NCBI GenBank assembly: GCA_965246885.1
Contig: OZ251992.1
Coordinates: 1,376,001 to 1,440,000 of the forward strand
DNA from: Abditibacterium sp.
GTDB lineage: Bacteria; Armatimonadota; Abditibacteriia; Abditibacteriales; Abditibacteriaceae
DNA length: 64,000 nucleotides
Direction of reading: 5' to 3'
Part shown: piece after piece, positions 18,492-29,083 of the stretch
Position numbering within the stretch: the stretch's first letter is position 1
How the letters are laid out: every line of letters begins with the position of its first letter
Translations under genes and position numbers: made by a program
The notes under the pieces: model-generated
What the model was told of the DNA's origin: nothing
The model's database searches: none
The model's input: only the letters and a program-made list of their open reading frames with translations

Positions 18492-19643
18492 TCAGCCCAG
18501 AAACCGCCGTTGCCCGAACTGGAACGATTCGAGCAGGAACATCACCGCATACGCGAGGCGCGCATACGTCGCGGCGCGCGGGCTTGTCAGCGCCCGTCCG
18601 CTCCACAGCGCCAGCAGTTGCACAAACGGAAACGTGGCCAACAGAAAGCGTAGCGTGGAGCGGATGTGCGGCTCCGTGTGCCACGCGAACGTCAAGTCGA
18701 GAAGAAGCACCGCCCCCAGAAACAAGAGCTTCCCCGCCGAAAACTCGCGGCGAAAGTGCCAAATCAGCGCGAACGTCAGCACGCACGCCACCATCGGCGG
18801 CCAGTTGGCGAAGTCGAACAGAAAGAGCGGCTCACGCCACAACCGGAGCGCATCGAGCGCAATCGGCACAAGCGGAAACGATAATCCGCGCCCGAAATGG
18901 CGCTGCGACACGAGCAACCCCTCGCCATTGCCACCGATGAGCAGCGCGACTCGAAACGCCACAAACCCCGCGAGCGGACACAGCGCGCACCGTGCCCGCG
19001 CCCATTTCTCCGACGGGGTGAGCGGTTCCTTCGGGCGGTCGAGCAGCAACGCCAGAAACAGCACCGGCCCCGAATTGCGTGTGAAACCCGCCAACGCACC
19101 CGATAAGGCGCACAGCCCCCACTTCTTTTGGCGCGCAAACCAGAACAAGCCCAAGGACAGCACCAGAAACAGCGACTCGCTGTACACTGCCGCGCTGAAC
19201 GCGGCAGCCGGGAAGAACGCTTGTAACCAGACCGCGCGCTCCGCGACAATCTCACCCCACTCATCGCGTGTCAGTAAATACAGCAACCATAAAGCCCCCA
19301 GAAACGCGGCGTTGGAAAGCACTATCCCCACCAAGGCAAGCGTGTTCTGACTCGCGCCCGGCCCCGCAAAGACGCGCATGAGCAACGGATACAACGGGAA
19401 AAACGCGCTCCGTAGCGGGTTGTAGCCCGCTTGCGCGATGTCCAGAAAATACTGCGAGTCGAACAGCGTCCAAGGACTGAGCGCGGGCGAGGGCACGCCT
19501 TCCCATCGGTGCAACTTGGGCGACGGCACGAACAGCCGCGCCGCGCCCTGCGTCACCAGAAAAAACAGCGCGAGCCGCGACAAAAGCCACACGCCCACAA
19601 CCGCGCGCGCCGGATGCTTTTCCCACAAAAAGCGCATGGTCAT
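18492..19643 (-). CDS. GT-C membrane glycosyltransferase (PIG-V-like mannosyltransferase family), paralogue 1
   Basis: FDSQYFLDIAQAGY, AFFPLYPLL, YSESLFL, TRNSG; ATGA overlap with the upstream paralogue. Confidence 0.85.
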   Translation of the reverse strand: MTMRFLWEKHPARAVVGVWLLSRLALFFLVTQGAARLFVPSPKLHRWEGVPSPALSPWTLFDSQYFLDIAQAGYNPLRSAFFPLYPLLMRVFAGPGASQNTLALVGIVLSNAAFLGALWLLYLLTRDEWGEIVAERAVWLQAFFPAAAFSAAVYSESLFLVLSLGLFWFARQKKWGLCALSGALAGFTRNSGPVLFLALLLDRPKEPLTPSEKWARARCALCPLAGFVAFRVALLIGGNGEGLLVSQRHFGRGLSFPLVPIALDALRLWREPLFLFDFANWPPMVACVLTFALIWHFRREFSAGKLLFLGAVLLLDLTFAWHTEPHIRSTLRFLLATFPFVQLLALWSGRALTSPRAATYARLAYAVMFLLESFQFGQRRFLG

Positions 19644-20734
19644 CCGAGGAAATCCTTCAAGCCGAACAAATACGAGTGAACGAAAAACAGCGCGAAGGCT
19701 GCCGCCGCCCCATACAATGTCGCGCGCTTGGAGGGCAACTTCTCTTGAGACGCCAAGGCCAGCAGTTGCGCGGCGGGAAAAGCGCCGAACAGGTAGCGCA
19801 ACGTCGAGATAGTCTCCGGCTCCCCGCCCCACGCCAGCACCAAACTCGACACCAACACCAAGCCCAGAAACAAGAGCTTCCCCGGCGAAAAGCGGCGCCG
19901 ATACATCCACAGGAGCGCAAAGGTGCCCAAACAGCCGAGCAACTGCGGGAAGGTCACGAAGTCCAGCCACGTCGCGGGGTGAACCAGCAAGTTATGGGCG
20001 TCGTGTAAGAGCGGCTTCCAAGGCCACGATGGGGTGCGCCGGAACACCTTCTGCACCGCCAAAGACGACGCCGCGCTCCCAAACTGGGCGCGCAAGTAAA
20101 GCTGCACCCCGACAAAACCGATCATCGGCGTGAGCGCACACGTTGCGCGCCGCCATTGCTCCCTTTTGGAAAGCGGCGCTTTGGGCCGGTCAAAGAGCAA
20201 TGCCAGAAACAGCACCGGCCCCGAATTGCGCGTTAGACCCGTGAGCAAGCCGAACAGCGCGCACAGCCACCATTTCTTCTGGCGCGCAAACCAGAACACT
20301 CCCAACGAGAGTGCCAGAAACAGCGACTCGGTGTACACTGCGGCGCTGAACGCCGCAGCCGGGAAGAACGCTTCTATCCACACCGCCCGCCGCGCTATGT
20401 CCTCGCCCCACTCGTCCCGCGTCAGCAAATACAGCAGCCAGAGCGCCGTCAAGAAAGCCGCGTTGGAGACTAAAATCCCAACGAGCGCGAGCGTGTTCTG
20501 ACTTGCGTGCGGCCCCGCCAGCAGGCGCATGAGCAACGGATACAACGGGAAAAACGCGCTGCGTAACGGGTTGTAGCCCGCTTGCGCGATGTCTATATAG
20601 TGCCGTGAGTCGAACGTCGTCCAAGGGTTCAGCCAAGGCGAAGACACTCCGGCCCACGCGCCCTCTTTTTGGCTGGGCGGCGGCAGGGTCTGCGCTTTGA
20701 AGTAACCTACCAGCACAAACGCCAACAGGCACAC
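19640..20734 (-). CDS. GT-C membrane glycosyltransferase (PIG-V-like), paralogue 2; true start uncertain
   Basis: FDSRHYIDIAQAGY, AFFPLYPLL, YTESLFL, TRNSG. Confidence 0.85.
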   Translation of the reverse strand: MCLLAFVLVGYFKAQTLPPPSQKEGAWAGVSSPWLNPWTTFDSRHYIDIAQAGYNPLRSAFFPLYPLLMRLLAGPHASQNTLALVGILVSNAAFLTALWLLYLLTRDEWGEDIARRAVWIEAFFPAAAFSAAVYTESLFLALSLGVFWFARQKKWWLCALFGLLTGLTRNSGPVLFLALLFDRPKAPLSKREQWRRATCALTPMIGFVGVQLYLRAQFGSAASSLAVQKVFRRTPSWPWKPLLHDAHNLLVHPATWLDFVTFPQLLGCLGTFALLWMYRRRFSPGKLLFLGLVLVSSLVLAWGGEPETISTLRYLFGAFPAAQLLALASQEKLPSKRATLYGAAAAFALFFVHSYLFGLKDFLG

Positions 20735-20789
20735 GCGCGACAGGAGCCACGCGAGCGCGACAGAACGCGTACCCGAACGGTTGAGCGGT

Positions 20790-21719
20790 TTAACGGCGCG
20801 TCTCCAAACTTTCGGTCAGGGCTTGGCCCAGCAAGTTAAACGCGACGACAGCCAGCACAATGGCCGCCCCCGGCGCAAGCGTTATCCAAGGCGCCGACGC
20901 AAAGTACGGCTGTCCCTCGGAAATCATCGAACCCCACGACGGGTTTTCCGGCGCGCCCAACCCCAAGTACGACAGCCCCGCTTCCAGCAGGATGTTGGAC
21001 GCCGTTGCAAGGGTGGCGAGCGTGATAATCGTCGGCACGACGTTGGGCAGGATGTGACGCAGCACTATCCGCGTGTTGCTTTGCCCCAGCGCGCGGGCCG
21101 CTTCGACGAACTCGCGCTCTTTGAGCGACAGCACCTGCCCGCGCACCGCGCGCGCGATGCCCACCCACGTCACCAGCCCTATCGCCAACACCAGACGGGG
21201 GTCGAGGTTCAACTCCTTGAATACTCTGACCTCCCGCCACGATTCCGGCAGCACGAACGTGAGCGTGATGGCCAGCAGAATCGTCGGAAGCGACGCCACC
21301 ACTTCCGTCACGCGCGTCAATGCCCGGTCGGTGCGCCCCCCGAAGTAGCCGCCGAGTAGCCCAACCGTTGTGCCGATGGACACCGAAGTGAGCATCGCGC
21401 ACCCCGCTATAGCGAGCGACAAACGCGCCCCATACAAGAGACGTATCCAAACATCGCGCCCCAACGTATCGGCGCCCAGCAAAAAGGCGCCCCCCGGCGC
21501 GTGCGGCACACCGAGGCTGTCCAAGCCGTGCGGGAGAATTGTGACCGGCTCCGTGCGGTTATAAAACGGCCCCCAAAACGCCAGCACACACAGCGCCCAC
21601 AACAACGCGCCCCCCAATCGCGCGAGCGGATGGCGCAGGAAGCGGGCGGTCGCGGTCTGGGAGCGCGGCGCGGACGTCGGGAAAGGCGGCAGAGCCGGAG
21701 CGGAAAGGGGGGCGGTCAT
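20790..21719 (-). CDS. Peptide ABC transporter permease (DppC-like)
   Basis: LGADTLGRDVWIRLLYGARLSL, EFVEAARALG, EAGLSYLGLG, PSWGSMI. Confidence 0.92.
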   Translation of the reverse strand: MTAPLSAPALPPFPTSAPRSQTATARFLRHPLARLGGALLWALCVLAFWGPFYNRTEPVTILPHGLDSLGVPHAPGGAFLLGADTLGRDVWIRLLYGARLSLAIAGCAMLTSVSIGTTVGLLGGYFGGRTDRALTRVTEVVASLPTILLAITLTFVLPESWREVRVFKELNLDPRLVLAIGLVTWVGIARAVRGQVLSLKEREFVEAARALGQSNTRIVLRHILPNVVPTIITLATLATASNILLEAGLSYLGLGAPENPSWGSMISEGQPYFASAPWITLAPGAAIVLAVVAFNLLGQALTESLETRR

Positions 21720-21746
21720 GGGTTGAAAATGGCGAGATGTAGCGCC

Positions 21747-22466
21747 TCACGCCCCCTCGCGCGGCAGTTCATGGAGGTCGCCCACCCAGTGCGCATCGGG
21801 TGGCAACTCGACCGGGCCATACGCAGCGCACGGCGCGCCGACGCGCAAAGCCCAGCCGTTGTCGCCAAAGCTCCAGTGCCACCACTCATCGGCGTAGTTG
21901 GTTAACCCCGTTGGTTCCAACACCGAGCGCAGCAGGGCACGGTTTGCTTTCGCGGCGTCGGAGATGGCGTCCGAATCCATCGCCGCGCCTTGCAAGTCGA
22001 GCAGTTCGAGCGGCGAAAAGAAGTCGAGCCGCTCGCCGCGCTCGTTGATTATCTCAAGGTCAACGGCGCCCCCCGTCGTGTGCGGAGGCGGCGTGGGCGC
22101 GTCGGGCGGGGCCGAGTAGCGCCCCGCTTCGGTCTGAATCTGGGCTTCCGAGGCGCCCGTCATGCGACTGCGCGCTTCTTCCAGCGCGTGCCGGAAGTGC
22201 GCGCGTTGCACGATGAGGGGCCGATACCCCTCGACGATTTGCAAGCGCAAGCCGTCGGGCAAGGCGTTAGCGGCCTCAATGACCATGCGCGCCACGCGCT
22301 CGCGCAACAAGTGAACGCGCGGATATTTGAAAAGCGGATGCGCTGGGGCGAGCACCAGTTTGGGCGTCGGCGCGAGGGCGAGGAAATCCACGAGCGGCTC
22401 GCCGCACTCCTCAATGTGGACGGCGTCGAGTTCGGCTTGATCTTCGGCAGGGTGCGTTTGGCTCAT
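21747..22466 (-). CDS. D-Ala-D-Ala dipeptidase (VanX/DdpX, peptidase M15D)
   Basis: EGYRP, PPHTTGGAVDL, EWWHWSFGD. Confidence 0.85.
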   Translation of the reverse strand: MSQTHPAEDQAELDAVHIEECGEPLVDFLALAPTPKLVLAPAHPLFKYPRVHLLRERVARMVIEAANALPDGLRLQIVEGYRPLIVQRAHFRHALEEARSRMTGASEAQIQTEAGRYSAPPDAPTPPPHTTGGAVDLEIINERGERLDFFSPLELLDLQGAAMDSDAISDAAKANRALLRSVLEPTGLTNYADEWWHWSFGDNGWALRVGAPCAAYGPVELPPDAHWVGDLHELPREGA

Positions 22467-22527
22467 GCTGGCCCGCGAGTTTAATGGGAGCGGCGGCGGT
22501 GAAGCCGTCACCGCCCTGTGGGATTCG

Positions 22528-22680
22528 TCGGCGCGGTTAATTCTTCGGTCGGCGCGGTTAGTTCTGGTGTCAGTTAGCTAATTCTTTCGTCGGCGCGCAC
22601 GGGCGGACAATACAACTAACCCCTCGGTCGGTCGGCGCGGCTAATTCTTTGGCCCGCGCGGCTAATTCTTTGGCCCGCGC
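22528..22680. repeat. Degenerate ~21-nt tandem repeats (core GCGCGG[C/T]TAATTCTT) in a divergent intergenic region
   Basis: tcggcgcggttaattcttcgg, tcggcgcggttagttctggtg, tcggcgcggctaattctttgg, cccgcgcggctaattctttgg. Confidence 0.8.
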
Positions 22681-22718
22681 AAAGAACCAACGGCGCCGGA
22701 TGGCTTCTAACTTTTCCC

Positions 22719-24368
22719 GTGCGCCGCTTTCTGCTTCTTCTGCCCCTTCTGTGTCCGCTCGCCGCGCGCGCGCAAAGCGCGGCTTTCACCCCCGACTTTT
22801 CCAAGCCCGACGCCGCCACCTTCATCGCGCCCTACGCCCAAAACGGCGGCGTTGCGGCTCCGGTGCGCGTCGAAGCAGTCAAAGGCGCCCTGCAAATGAC
22901 GGCGACGGCGGGCGGCTCCCTCGGCGTGAAGTTCGCCGTCCCGCCTTTTGACGTTGACCAACTGACGCGCCTCTCTTTCGATTACACCACCTCGCCCGAC
23001 GCGAAGGTGAACCTGTTCTTCCGCGTCAACGGGCACTACTACGCCGTCCTGTTCACCGGCCCCAAGCGGGTGCGCGCGGGCACGCCCATCATCACCGACG
23101 CCTATGCGACCAAGGCCAGTGGCCACGTCGAAATCCCGCTTCGCGCCGCTCTGCGCGCGCTGTTGCCAAACGAGGCCAACCTACGCTGCGATGAGATGTT
23201 GGCGGGCAACTGGGACAACGAGGGCTATCTTTTGGCGGGCATCGGCGGCAACGGGCCGGGAGCGTCGTGGACTGTCTCCAACTTCAAGCTCGACCGCCCC
23301 ACCGCTAAAGCCACCTTTGGGGCGGCGCGCTTCGAGGGGCAGGAGCTAATCATCCCCGCGCAGAACCTCGACGCCCTCTCTTTCAAGAACATCGCCATAA
23401 AGACCGACGCGGGCCGCTTCCCCGCGACCTACGACGCCTTGCGCGGCGCTTTTACGGTGGACGGAGCCGACATCGCGGCGGCTTCGGCGCTTCTGCGCGA
23501 CGCGCAGAGTATAACCTTCCAGCTGCGTGGAGAAGGAAACGGCGACACCCCCTTAACCCAAGGCAGCGCCACGTTTCACACCTCCAACTTGCCCGCGCCG
23601 CCGCTCCCGCAACTCCAACTCGCCAATTCCCAAGGCGCCGCGCCCAACGTGGACTTTGAGTCGCCTTCCGCCCCCTTTGGCATGGACAAAACGCCTAATA
23701 CGGTCTTCGAGCGCGACGACCAAAACCCCTACTCTGGCCAATGGAGCGCGCGCTTTACCAACCCGCGCACTGCCTCGCCCTTCGAGGTCAACGCCATTGG
23801 CGCTCCCGTTGATGTCGCGCTCAATCCGGTGCTGACCTTCGCCTACCGGTGCGACGACCGCTTGCGCCTCGACCTCAACCTCGCGTGGAACAACCAGCCG
23901 TACTCCATCCACTTCACCGATTCCGACAACCCCAACCCGCGCTTGGGCGACCTGAACGCCACCCGCGACGGCGCTTGGCATTTGGCGACTTTCAACCTGC
24001 TCGACGCCATGAAGAAGGCTCAGCCCAACGCCACCGATTTCAAGATCACCACCCTGACGTGGAACGATTTGGGCTGGCCCGGCAACGTCAAGGGACTCAA
24101 ATGGTGGTTGGACGACCTCAAATGGGCGCATAACGTCGGCCCGGCCCTCGACGCTTCGGCCGCCCTTCACGACGCAACCGGCACCCAAGCGGTTTCCTTT
24201 TCCCTCGACCAAAACCCCGCCACCCGCGTCGGTGAATCGCCCCAAGGTGGCGCGAAACTGTCCATTAACTTGGCGGGCAAAACCGGCCTGTGGTGGCTCC
24301 ACTTGCGCGCCCAAAACGGCGCGGGCAAGTGGAGCGAAACCGCGCATTTCCCCGTTTGGTGCGGATAA
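22719..24368 (+). CDS. Secreted hypothetical protein with two beta-sandwich (CBM-like) modules
   Basis: Signal peptide MRRFLLLLPLLCPLAARA; duplicated LSFDY...VNL...YAVLFTG / LTFAY...LDL...YSIHFTD. Confidence 0.7.
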   Translation: MRRFLLLLPLLCPLAARAQSAAFTPDFSKPDAATFIAPYAQNGGVAAPVRVEAVKGALQMTATAGGSLGVKFAVPPFDVDQLTRLSFDYTTSPDAKVNLFFRVNGHYYAVLFTGPKRVRAGTPIITDAYATKASGHVEIPLRAALRALLPNEANLRCDEMLAGNWDNEGYLLAGIGGNGPGASWTVSNFKLDRPTAKATFGAARFEGQELIIPAQNLDALSFKNIAIKTDAGRFPATYDALRGAFTVDGADIAAASALLRDAQSITFQLRGEGNGDTPLTQGSATFHTSNLPAPPLPQLQLANSQGAAPNVDFESPSAPFGMDKTPNTVFERDDQNPYSGQWSARFTNPRTASPFEVNAIGAPVDVALNPVLTFAYRCDDRLRLDLNLAWNNQPYSIHFTDSDNPNPRLGDLNATRDGAWHLATFNLLDAMKKAQPNATDFKITTLTWNDLGWPGNVKGLKWWLDDLKWAHNVGPALDASAALHDATGTQAVSFSLDQNPATRVGESPQGGAKLSINLAGKTGLWWLHLRAQNGAGKWSETAHFPVWCG

Positions 24369-25343
24369 TTACGGCTTGAAGGTGACGCCCTTCTCTTGCC
24401 CCTTGGGGAACCACTTGACGTGCCCATCGGCAAAGCCAATGTTGGAGCCGCCCAGATGCCGATAAGCCCGGCCCGTGCCGCGCCCATACCAGTTGCGCGA
24501 GGGATTGAGTGTCTCGTACACGTTCACGGTCATGGCAGGCTGCTTGATGTTGCTTTGGACGAAGCCGCTCAGGTATTGGTTGTAAGCGTAGCCGTAGCCC
24601 GGCCCTTTCGTGGTTGCGGGCATGGAGGGGCACTGGAAGATTTGCTCCGACTTAGTGTAAGGTTGCAGCACCTCAACCCACTTGCTGGCGGGCGGGAGTT
24701 TCTCGTCGTAGTCCTGCGCGTATTGCATGATGCCGAGCATCTGCTGCTTCATGTTCGACTGGCAACTGGCCTTGAGCGCGTTGTCGCGGGAGTAAGTGAA
24801 GGGGTCGCTGCCGTCGGGGACAGCAACGACATAGGTCGCCCAGCGCTTGTCGAGGTCGGCGCCTGTTAAGTCGTTCCAGCGCCCGAAGGTCGCTTTGACA
24901 TCCACGCGGTATCCGCCATCTTCGGGCACCACGACAACCTCGCGCGCTTTCGGGCCATTGGAAGGCGTGAGTTGCACGATGGTCTGCCCCGCGTCGCTGC
25001 TTTGGACTGCGGTGTCGTAGGTGCTGTCGAGGGCTTGCGTCGCCATGAGGCGAATCAGCTTTTCAGCGTTGGGGTTAGAACTCAGGGCCGCGAACTGCTT
25101 GCGCTCGATGGAGCCGAGCGTCTGCTGCGTGGTTTGGTCGTCGGGTTCGTAGTGTCCCCTCGGCGGCTGGCGGATGAAGCCGAGCAACTTGTAAAAGCCA
25201 AGCGCCGCCGCTTCGGGCGTCTTGGAGGCGGGCGGGTAGCCCATTGGATAGAGGGTGCTCTGCGCGCGCAGGTACGAGGTGCCGCCAAACAGTAACAAGC
25301 CGCCCACGAGGGCGACGGTGCGGAATTTGCGAGTGTTTTTCAT
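24369..25343 (-). CDS. DUF1559 / H-X9-DG domain protein
   Basis: SCQSNMKQQMLGIMQYAQDYDE, FQCPS, RHLGGSNIGFADGHVKW. Confidence 0.85.
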   Translation of the reverse strand: MKNTRKFRTVALVGGLLLFGGTSYLRAQSTLYPMGYPPASKTPEAAALGFYKLLGFIRQPPRGHYEPDDQTTQQTLGSIERKQFAALSSNPNAEKLIRLMATQALDSTYDTAVQSSDAGQTIVQLTPSNGPKAREVVVVPEDGGYRVDVKATFGRWNDLTGADLDKRWATYVVAVPDGSDPFTYSRDNALKASCQSNMKQQMLGIMQYAQDYDEKLPPASKWVEVLQPYTKSEQIFQCPSMPATTKGPGYGYAYNQYLSGFVQSNIKQPAMTVNVYETLNPSRNWYGRGTGRAYRHLGGSNIGFADGHVKWFPKGQEKGVTFKP

Positions 25344-26341
25344 GGCGTGGAGTTGGTGGAGATGGTGAGGAATCCGGTCGCGGGCGCTGCGGGTTCAATG
25401 GTGTAAAGGTTGGCTTTATAACCGCGCGAGAACCACTTGATGTGCCCATCAGTGAAGCAGATGTTCATGCCCTCTTTGTCGTGGAGGATGTGGCGGTAAG
25501 CGCGGCCCGTGAACGGCGCGGCGACACTGAGGGCCGGGTTGCTGGTCTCGTAAAGCTGGATGGTGAGCGCCGTCGCATTGATACCTGCGAGCGGAATTAA
25601 GCTCAGCTTCGAGTTGAAGGCATAGCCGTTCCCCTTGGACAGCGAGGGGCAACGGTAGATTGCACGGTTTTGAACGTAGGGCGGCGTGACATCCTGCCAC
25701 TTGCGCGCGGGCGGCATCCGTTCGTCGTAATCCTGCGTGTATTGCATGACGGCGATGCCCAACTGCTTCAAGTTTGATTGGCAGTTGACGTTGAGAAAGT
25801 TGCTGTTGGTGCGCAGCGAGGGCGAGACGACCCCGGTGTATTTCCACCACGACTCGTCCAAAGCCTCGCCCGACAGATTATTCCAGCGCGCGTAGGTCGC
25901 CTTCAAGTCCACCCGGTAGCCACCGTCTTCGGGGATGACGACGACCTCGCGGCCCGTCCCCGCCGCCCTCGGGGTGACCTGCACGAGAATTTGGCCGCCG
26001 TCCGCCGCGCCCGCTTTGGCCTCGAAGCGCGGCTCGTTGAACTCCTGATCGAGGAGGGCAAACAAGCGATTCAGTTGCTCGCCGGATGCCGCGAACTGCT
26101 TGGCTTGAACGCGCGAAATCAGGCCGTCTTGCGCGACCATATCCGCGCCAGCAATCCAACGTTCTGATCGTAGGTGTTGGTCTTCACTATTCGGAGCAAG
26201 CAAACGGTAAAACGCCGTCGCCGCCTCACCGGGCGTTTTGGCGGGGGCAGGGTAGGAGGTCTGGGCGTGGAGATAAGTCGCGCCGCCCAGAAAGGCGGCG
26301 CCGAACAAGGCGAGCAAGCGGGGTTTGAGCCAAGGTGACAT
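25340..26341 (-). CDS. DUF1559 / H-X9-DG-like domain protein (tandem paralogue)
   Basis: CQSNLKQLGIAVMQYTQDYDE, YRCPS, GMNICFTDGHIKW; shares REVVVxPEDGGYRVD with its neighbour. Confidence 0.85.
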   Translation of the reverse strand: MSPWLKPRLLALFGAAFLGGATYLHAQTSYPAPAKTPGEAATAFYRLLAPNSEDQHLRSERWIAGADMVAQDGLISRVQAKQFAASGEQLNRLFALLDQEFNEPRFEAKAGAADGGQILVQVTPRAAGTGREVVVIPEDGGYRVDLKATYARWNNLSGEALDESWWKYTGVVSPSLRTNSNFLNVNCQSNLKQLGIAVMQYTQDYDERMPPARKWQDVTPPYVQNRAIYRCPSLSKGNGYAFNSKLSLIPLAGINATALTIQLYETSNPALSVAAPFTGRAYRHILHDKEGMNICFTDGHIKWFSRGYKANLYTIEPAAPATGFLTISTNSTP

Positions 26342-26410
26342 AAGAAGCGCGGACGAGAAAACAGACGCCTTGCCAACTTTAACACAACCGCCCGCGCGGT
26401 GGAAGGGGCT

Positions 26411-28237
26411 TTAATCTCCCACTTTCAGGATGCTCAAGAACGCTTCTTGCGGGATTTCGACGCTACCGACCGACTTCATGCGCTTCTTGCCTTCCTTTTG
26501 CTTTTCGAGCAGCTTGCGCTTGCGGGAGATGTCGCCGCCGTAGCAGCGCGCGGTGACGTCTTTTCGCACGGCGGAAAGTTGCTCGCTCGCCACGATCTTG
26601 CTGCCGATGGCGGCTTGGATTTTAATGACGAACTGCTGGCGGTCAATCAGTTCTTTCATCTTCTCGCAGATCTGCTTGCCGCGCGTGTGGGCTTGGTCGC
26701 GGTGGCAGATGTAGGAAAGCGCGTCCACCATCTCGCCGTTGATGAGGATGTCCACTTTCACCATCGGCGACTGCTGGTAGCCCGTTATCTCGTAGTCCAT
26801 CGAAGCGTAGCCGCGCGTGCGGGACTTGAGTTGGTCGAAGAAATCCATCACTAACTCCGACAAGGGCAGATCATAAACGATGGAGTAGCGGCCCGCCGTC
26901 ACCACGTCCATTGACTTTTGGATGCCGCGCTTGTCATTGCACAGCTTGAGGACGGCGCCGACGTATTCCTGCGGGACGAGGATGGTCGTCGTCACCATCG
27001 GCTCCTCGACCTTCATCATTTCTCCGGGCGAGGGCATCTTCGAGGGGTTGTCTATCTCCTCGGCGACGCCGTTGGTGCGCGTGATGCGGTAGACAACGCT
27101 CGGCGCCGTTGCAATGAGCGATAGGTTGAACTCGCGCTCCAGCCGCTCTTGGATGATGTCCATATGCAGCAACCCCAAGAACCCGCAACGAAAGCCGAAG
27201 CCCAAGGCGGGCGACGAGTCGGCGGCATACACGAGCGAAGCGTCGTTGAGGCGCAGCTTGTCGAGGGCGTCGCGCAGTTCGGGGAACTCGTCGGCGTCTA
27301 TTGGGTAGAGTCCGCAGAACACCATCGGCTTCGGCTCGCGGTATCCGGCGAGGGCCTCGGTCGCGGGGCGCGCGGGGTTGGTCACGGTATCGCCGATGCG
27401 AACGTCTATCACGTCCTTGATGCCGCACACGATGTAGCCCGACTCCCCGGCGTAGAGTTCCTGAACGGGCGTCATCTTGGGGCGGAACACGCCCAATTCG
27501 ATGACCTCGAAGTTGGGGGAGCCGCCCATCATAGTAATCTTCTGCCCGGTCTTAAGCGTGCCTTCCTTGATGCGGACATACACCACGACGCCGCGATAGG
27601 TGTCGTAGGTCGAGTCGAAGATGAGGGCTTTAAGCGGCGCTTGGTCGTCGCCCTTGGGCGGCGGGATGCGCTTGACGATGGCTTCGAGCAAATCATCTAC
27701 GCCCAGCCCCGACTTGCCTGAAACGAGGAGGGCGTCGTTGGTGGGGATGCCGACGATTTCTTCGACTTCCTGCATGACGCGCAGGGGGTCGGCGCCGGGG
27801 AGGTCTATTTTGTTGAAGACGGGAACGATTTCGAGGTCGTTCATAATCGCCAAGTGCGCGTTGGCGAGGGTTTGCGCTTCGACGCCTTGACTCGCGTCCA
27901 CCACAAGCAACGCGCCCTCGCACGCGGCGAGCGCACGGGAGACTTCGTAGGTAAAGTCCACGTGGCCGGGGGTGTCAATGAGGTTGAGGACGTAATGCTC
28001 GCCATTGCGGGCCGTATAATCCAGCCGCACGGCACTGGCTTTGATGGTGATGCCGCGCTCGCGCTCCAAGTCCATCGAGTCGAGCATCTGCTCTTTCATA
28101 TCGCGCTGCGCGACGGCAGAGGTCATTTGCAGGATGCGGTCGGCGAGCGTGGATTTGCCGTGATCGATGTGCGCGATAATCGAAAAATTGCGAAGGTGGT
28201 CTTGCGGGACGCGCCCGGAACCATTGGAAGAACTCAC
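26411..28237 (-). CDS. lepA: Elongation factor 4 (LepA)
   Basis: [71 protein letters not shown]. Confidence 0.98.
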   Translation of the reverse strand: MSSSNGSGRVPQDHLRNFSIIAHIDHGKSTLADRILQMTSAVAQRDMKEQMLDSMDLERERGITIKASAVRLDYTARNGEHYVLNLIDTPGHVDFTYEVSRALAACEGALLVVDASQGVEAQTLANAHLAIMNDLEIVPVFNKIDLPGADPLRVMQEVEEIVGIPTNDALLVSGKSGLGVDDLLEAIVKRIPPPKGDDQAPLKALIFDSTYDTYRGVVVYVRIKEGTLKTGQKITMMGGSPNFEVIELGVFRPKMTPVQELYAGESGYIVCGIKDVIDVRIGDTVTNPARPATEALAGYREPKPMVFCGLYPIDADEFPELRDALDKLRLNDASLVYAADSSPALGFGFRCGFLGLLHMDIIQERLEREFNLSLIATAPSVVYRITRTNGVAEEIDNPSKMPSPGEMMKVEEPMVTTTILVPQEYVGAVLKLCNDKRGIQKSMDVVTAGRYSIVYDLPLSELVMDFFDQLKSRTRGYASMDYEITGYQQSPMVKVDILINGEMVDALSYICHRDQAHTRGKQICEKMKELIDRQQFVIKIQAAIGSKIVASEQLSAVRKDVTARCYGGDISRKRKLLEKQKEGKKRMKSVGSVEIPQEAFLSILKVGD

Positions 28238-28267
28238 GCCCCCAGTTTAGCGCCGCCCTTGGCGCCC

Positions 28268-28888
28268 TTAGTCTGCGTCGTTGTCATTGGCGGACGCGGG
28301 CAACACCAAGAGCGGTTCGGGCAGGTCGAGGTCTTCGTAGATGCCATCAAGCGGGAGAGTAACGCCGACGCTTTCGAGGGTGAGCGAGTCGGCGCGGGTG
28401 ATGAAAGAGCGATACAACCAGTCGTCGCCGCGACGGTGGAAATGCTCGACGCAAATCGAATCCTGCGCGACCAGCACATAGTCGGAAAGGGTTTCGATGC
28501 GCTTGTATTGCCCGAACTTGCCCTGCCGGTCGTAGGATTCGGTGCCGGGGGAGAGAACCTCAAAGATGACTTTGGGCGTAAGCAGAATTTGGTTGCCGCG
28601 TCCGGCGAACCGTCCCGGTGGCTCAAAGATGACGGCGTCGGGATAGGTTTCCAAGCCAGACGACTCGACTTTGACTTGCTTTTCGGAGTTGCGCGCTTTG
28701 TGGGAGTTGCCCCGTAGCGCGAGGCGAATCTCGTGGTAGAGATTGCCAATGATGACTGTGTGATTATCGGTTCCACCGGGCATAGGAAAGACCTCGCCGC
28801 CGAGCCACTCGTGCTTTTGCGAAGCGAACTCTTCCCCGTCGCGGTATTGCTCTTCCGAAATATAAGCGGGCGCGGCCAAAGCGTTCAT
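28268..28888 (-). CDS. Uma2 family PD-(D/E)xK endonuclease-like protein
   Basis: KHEWLGGEVFPMPGGTDNH, YPD, FEVLSPGTESYDRQGKFGQY; start ATG 28888. Confidence 0.9.
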   Translation of the reverse strand: MNALAAPAYISEEQYRDGEEFASQKHEWLGGEVFPMPGGTDNHTVIIGNLYHEIRLALRGNSHKARNSEKQVKVESSGLETYPDAVIFEPPGRFAGRGNQILLTPKVIFEVLSPGTESYDRQGKFGQYKRIETLSDYVLVAQDSICVEHFHRRGDDWLYRSFITRADSLTLESVGVTLPLDGIYEDLDLPEPLLVLPASANDNDAD

Positions 28889-29083
28889 GCCGGACAGTTT
28901 GACGCCGTTTGGCGCGGCGTTCAATCGCGTTCCCTTGCTTCCCTTTTCCCTCTTTTTAGCGCAAATGGCAGCTTTGACGCTTAAAGATTGAACCGGGCGC
29001 GCGGGTTTGCTGTCGGAAGTGGCACCACCACCTTCGGGCGGCGCTCTAAGGGCTCTCTTCTTCGTCTCGCCATCGCCCAGACT

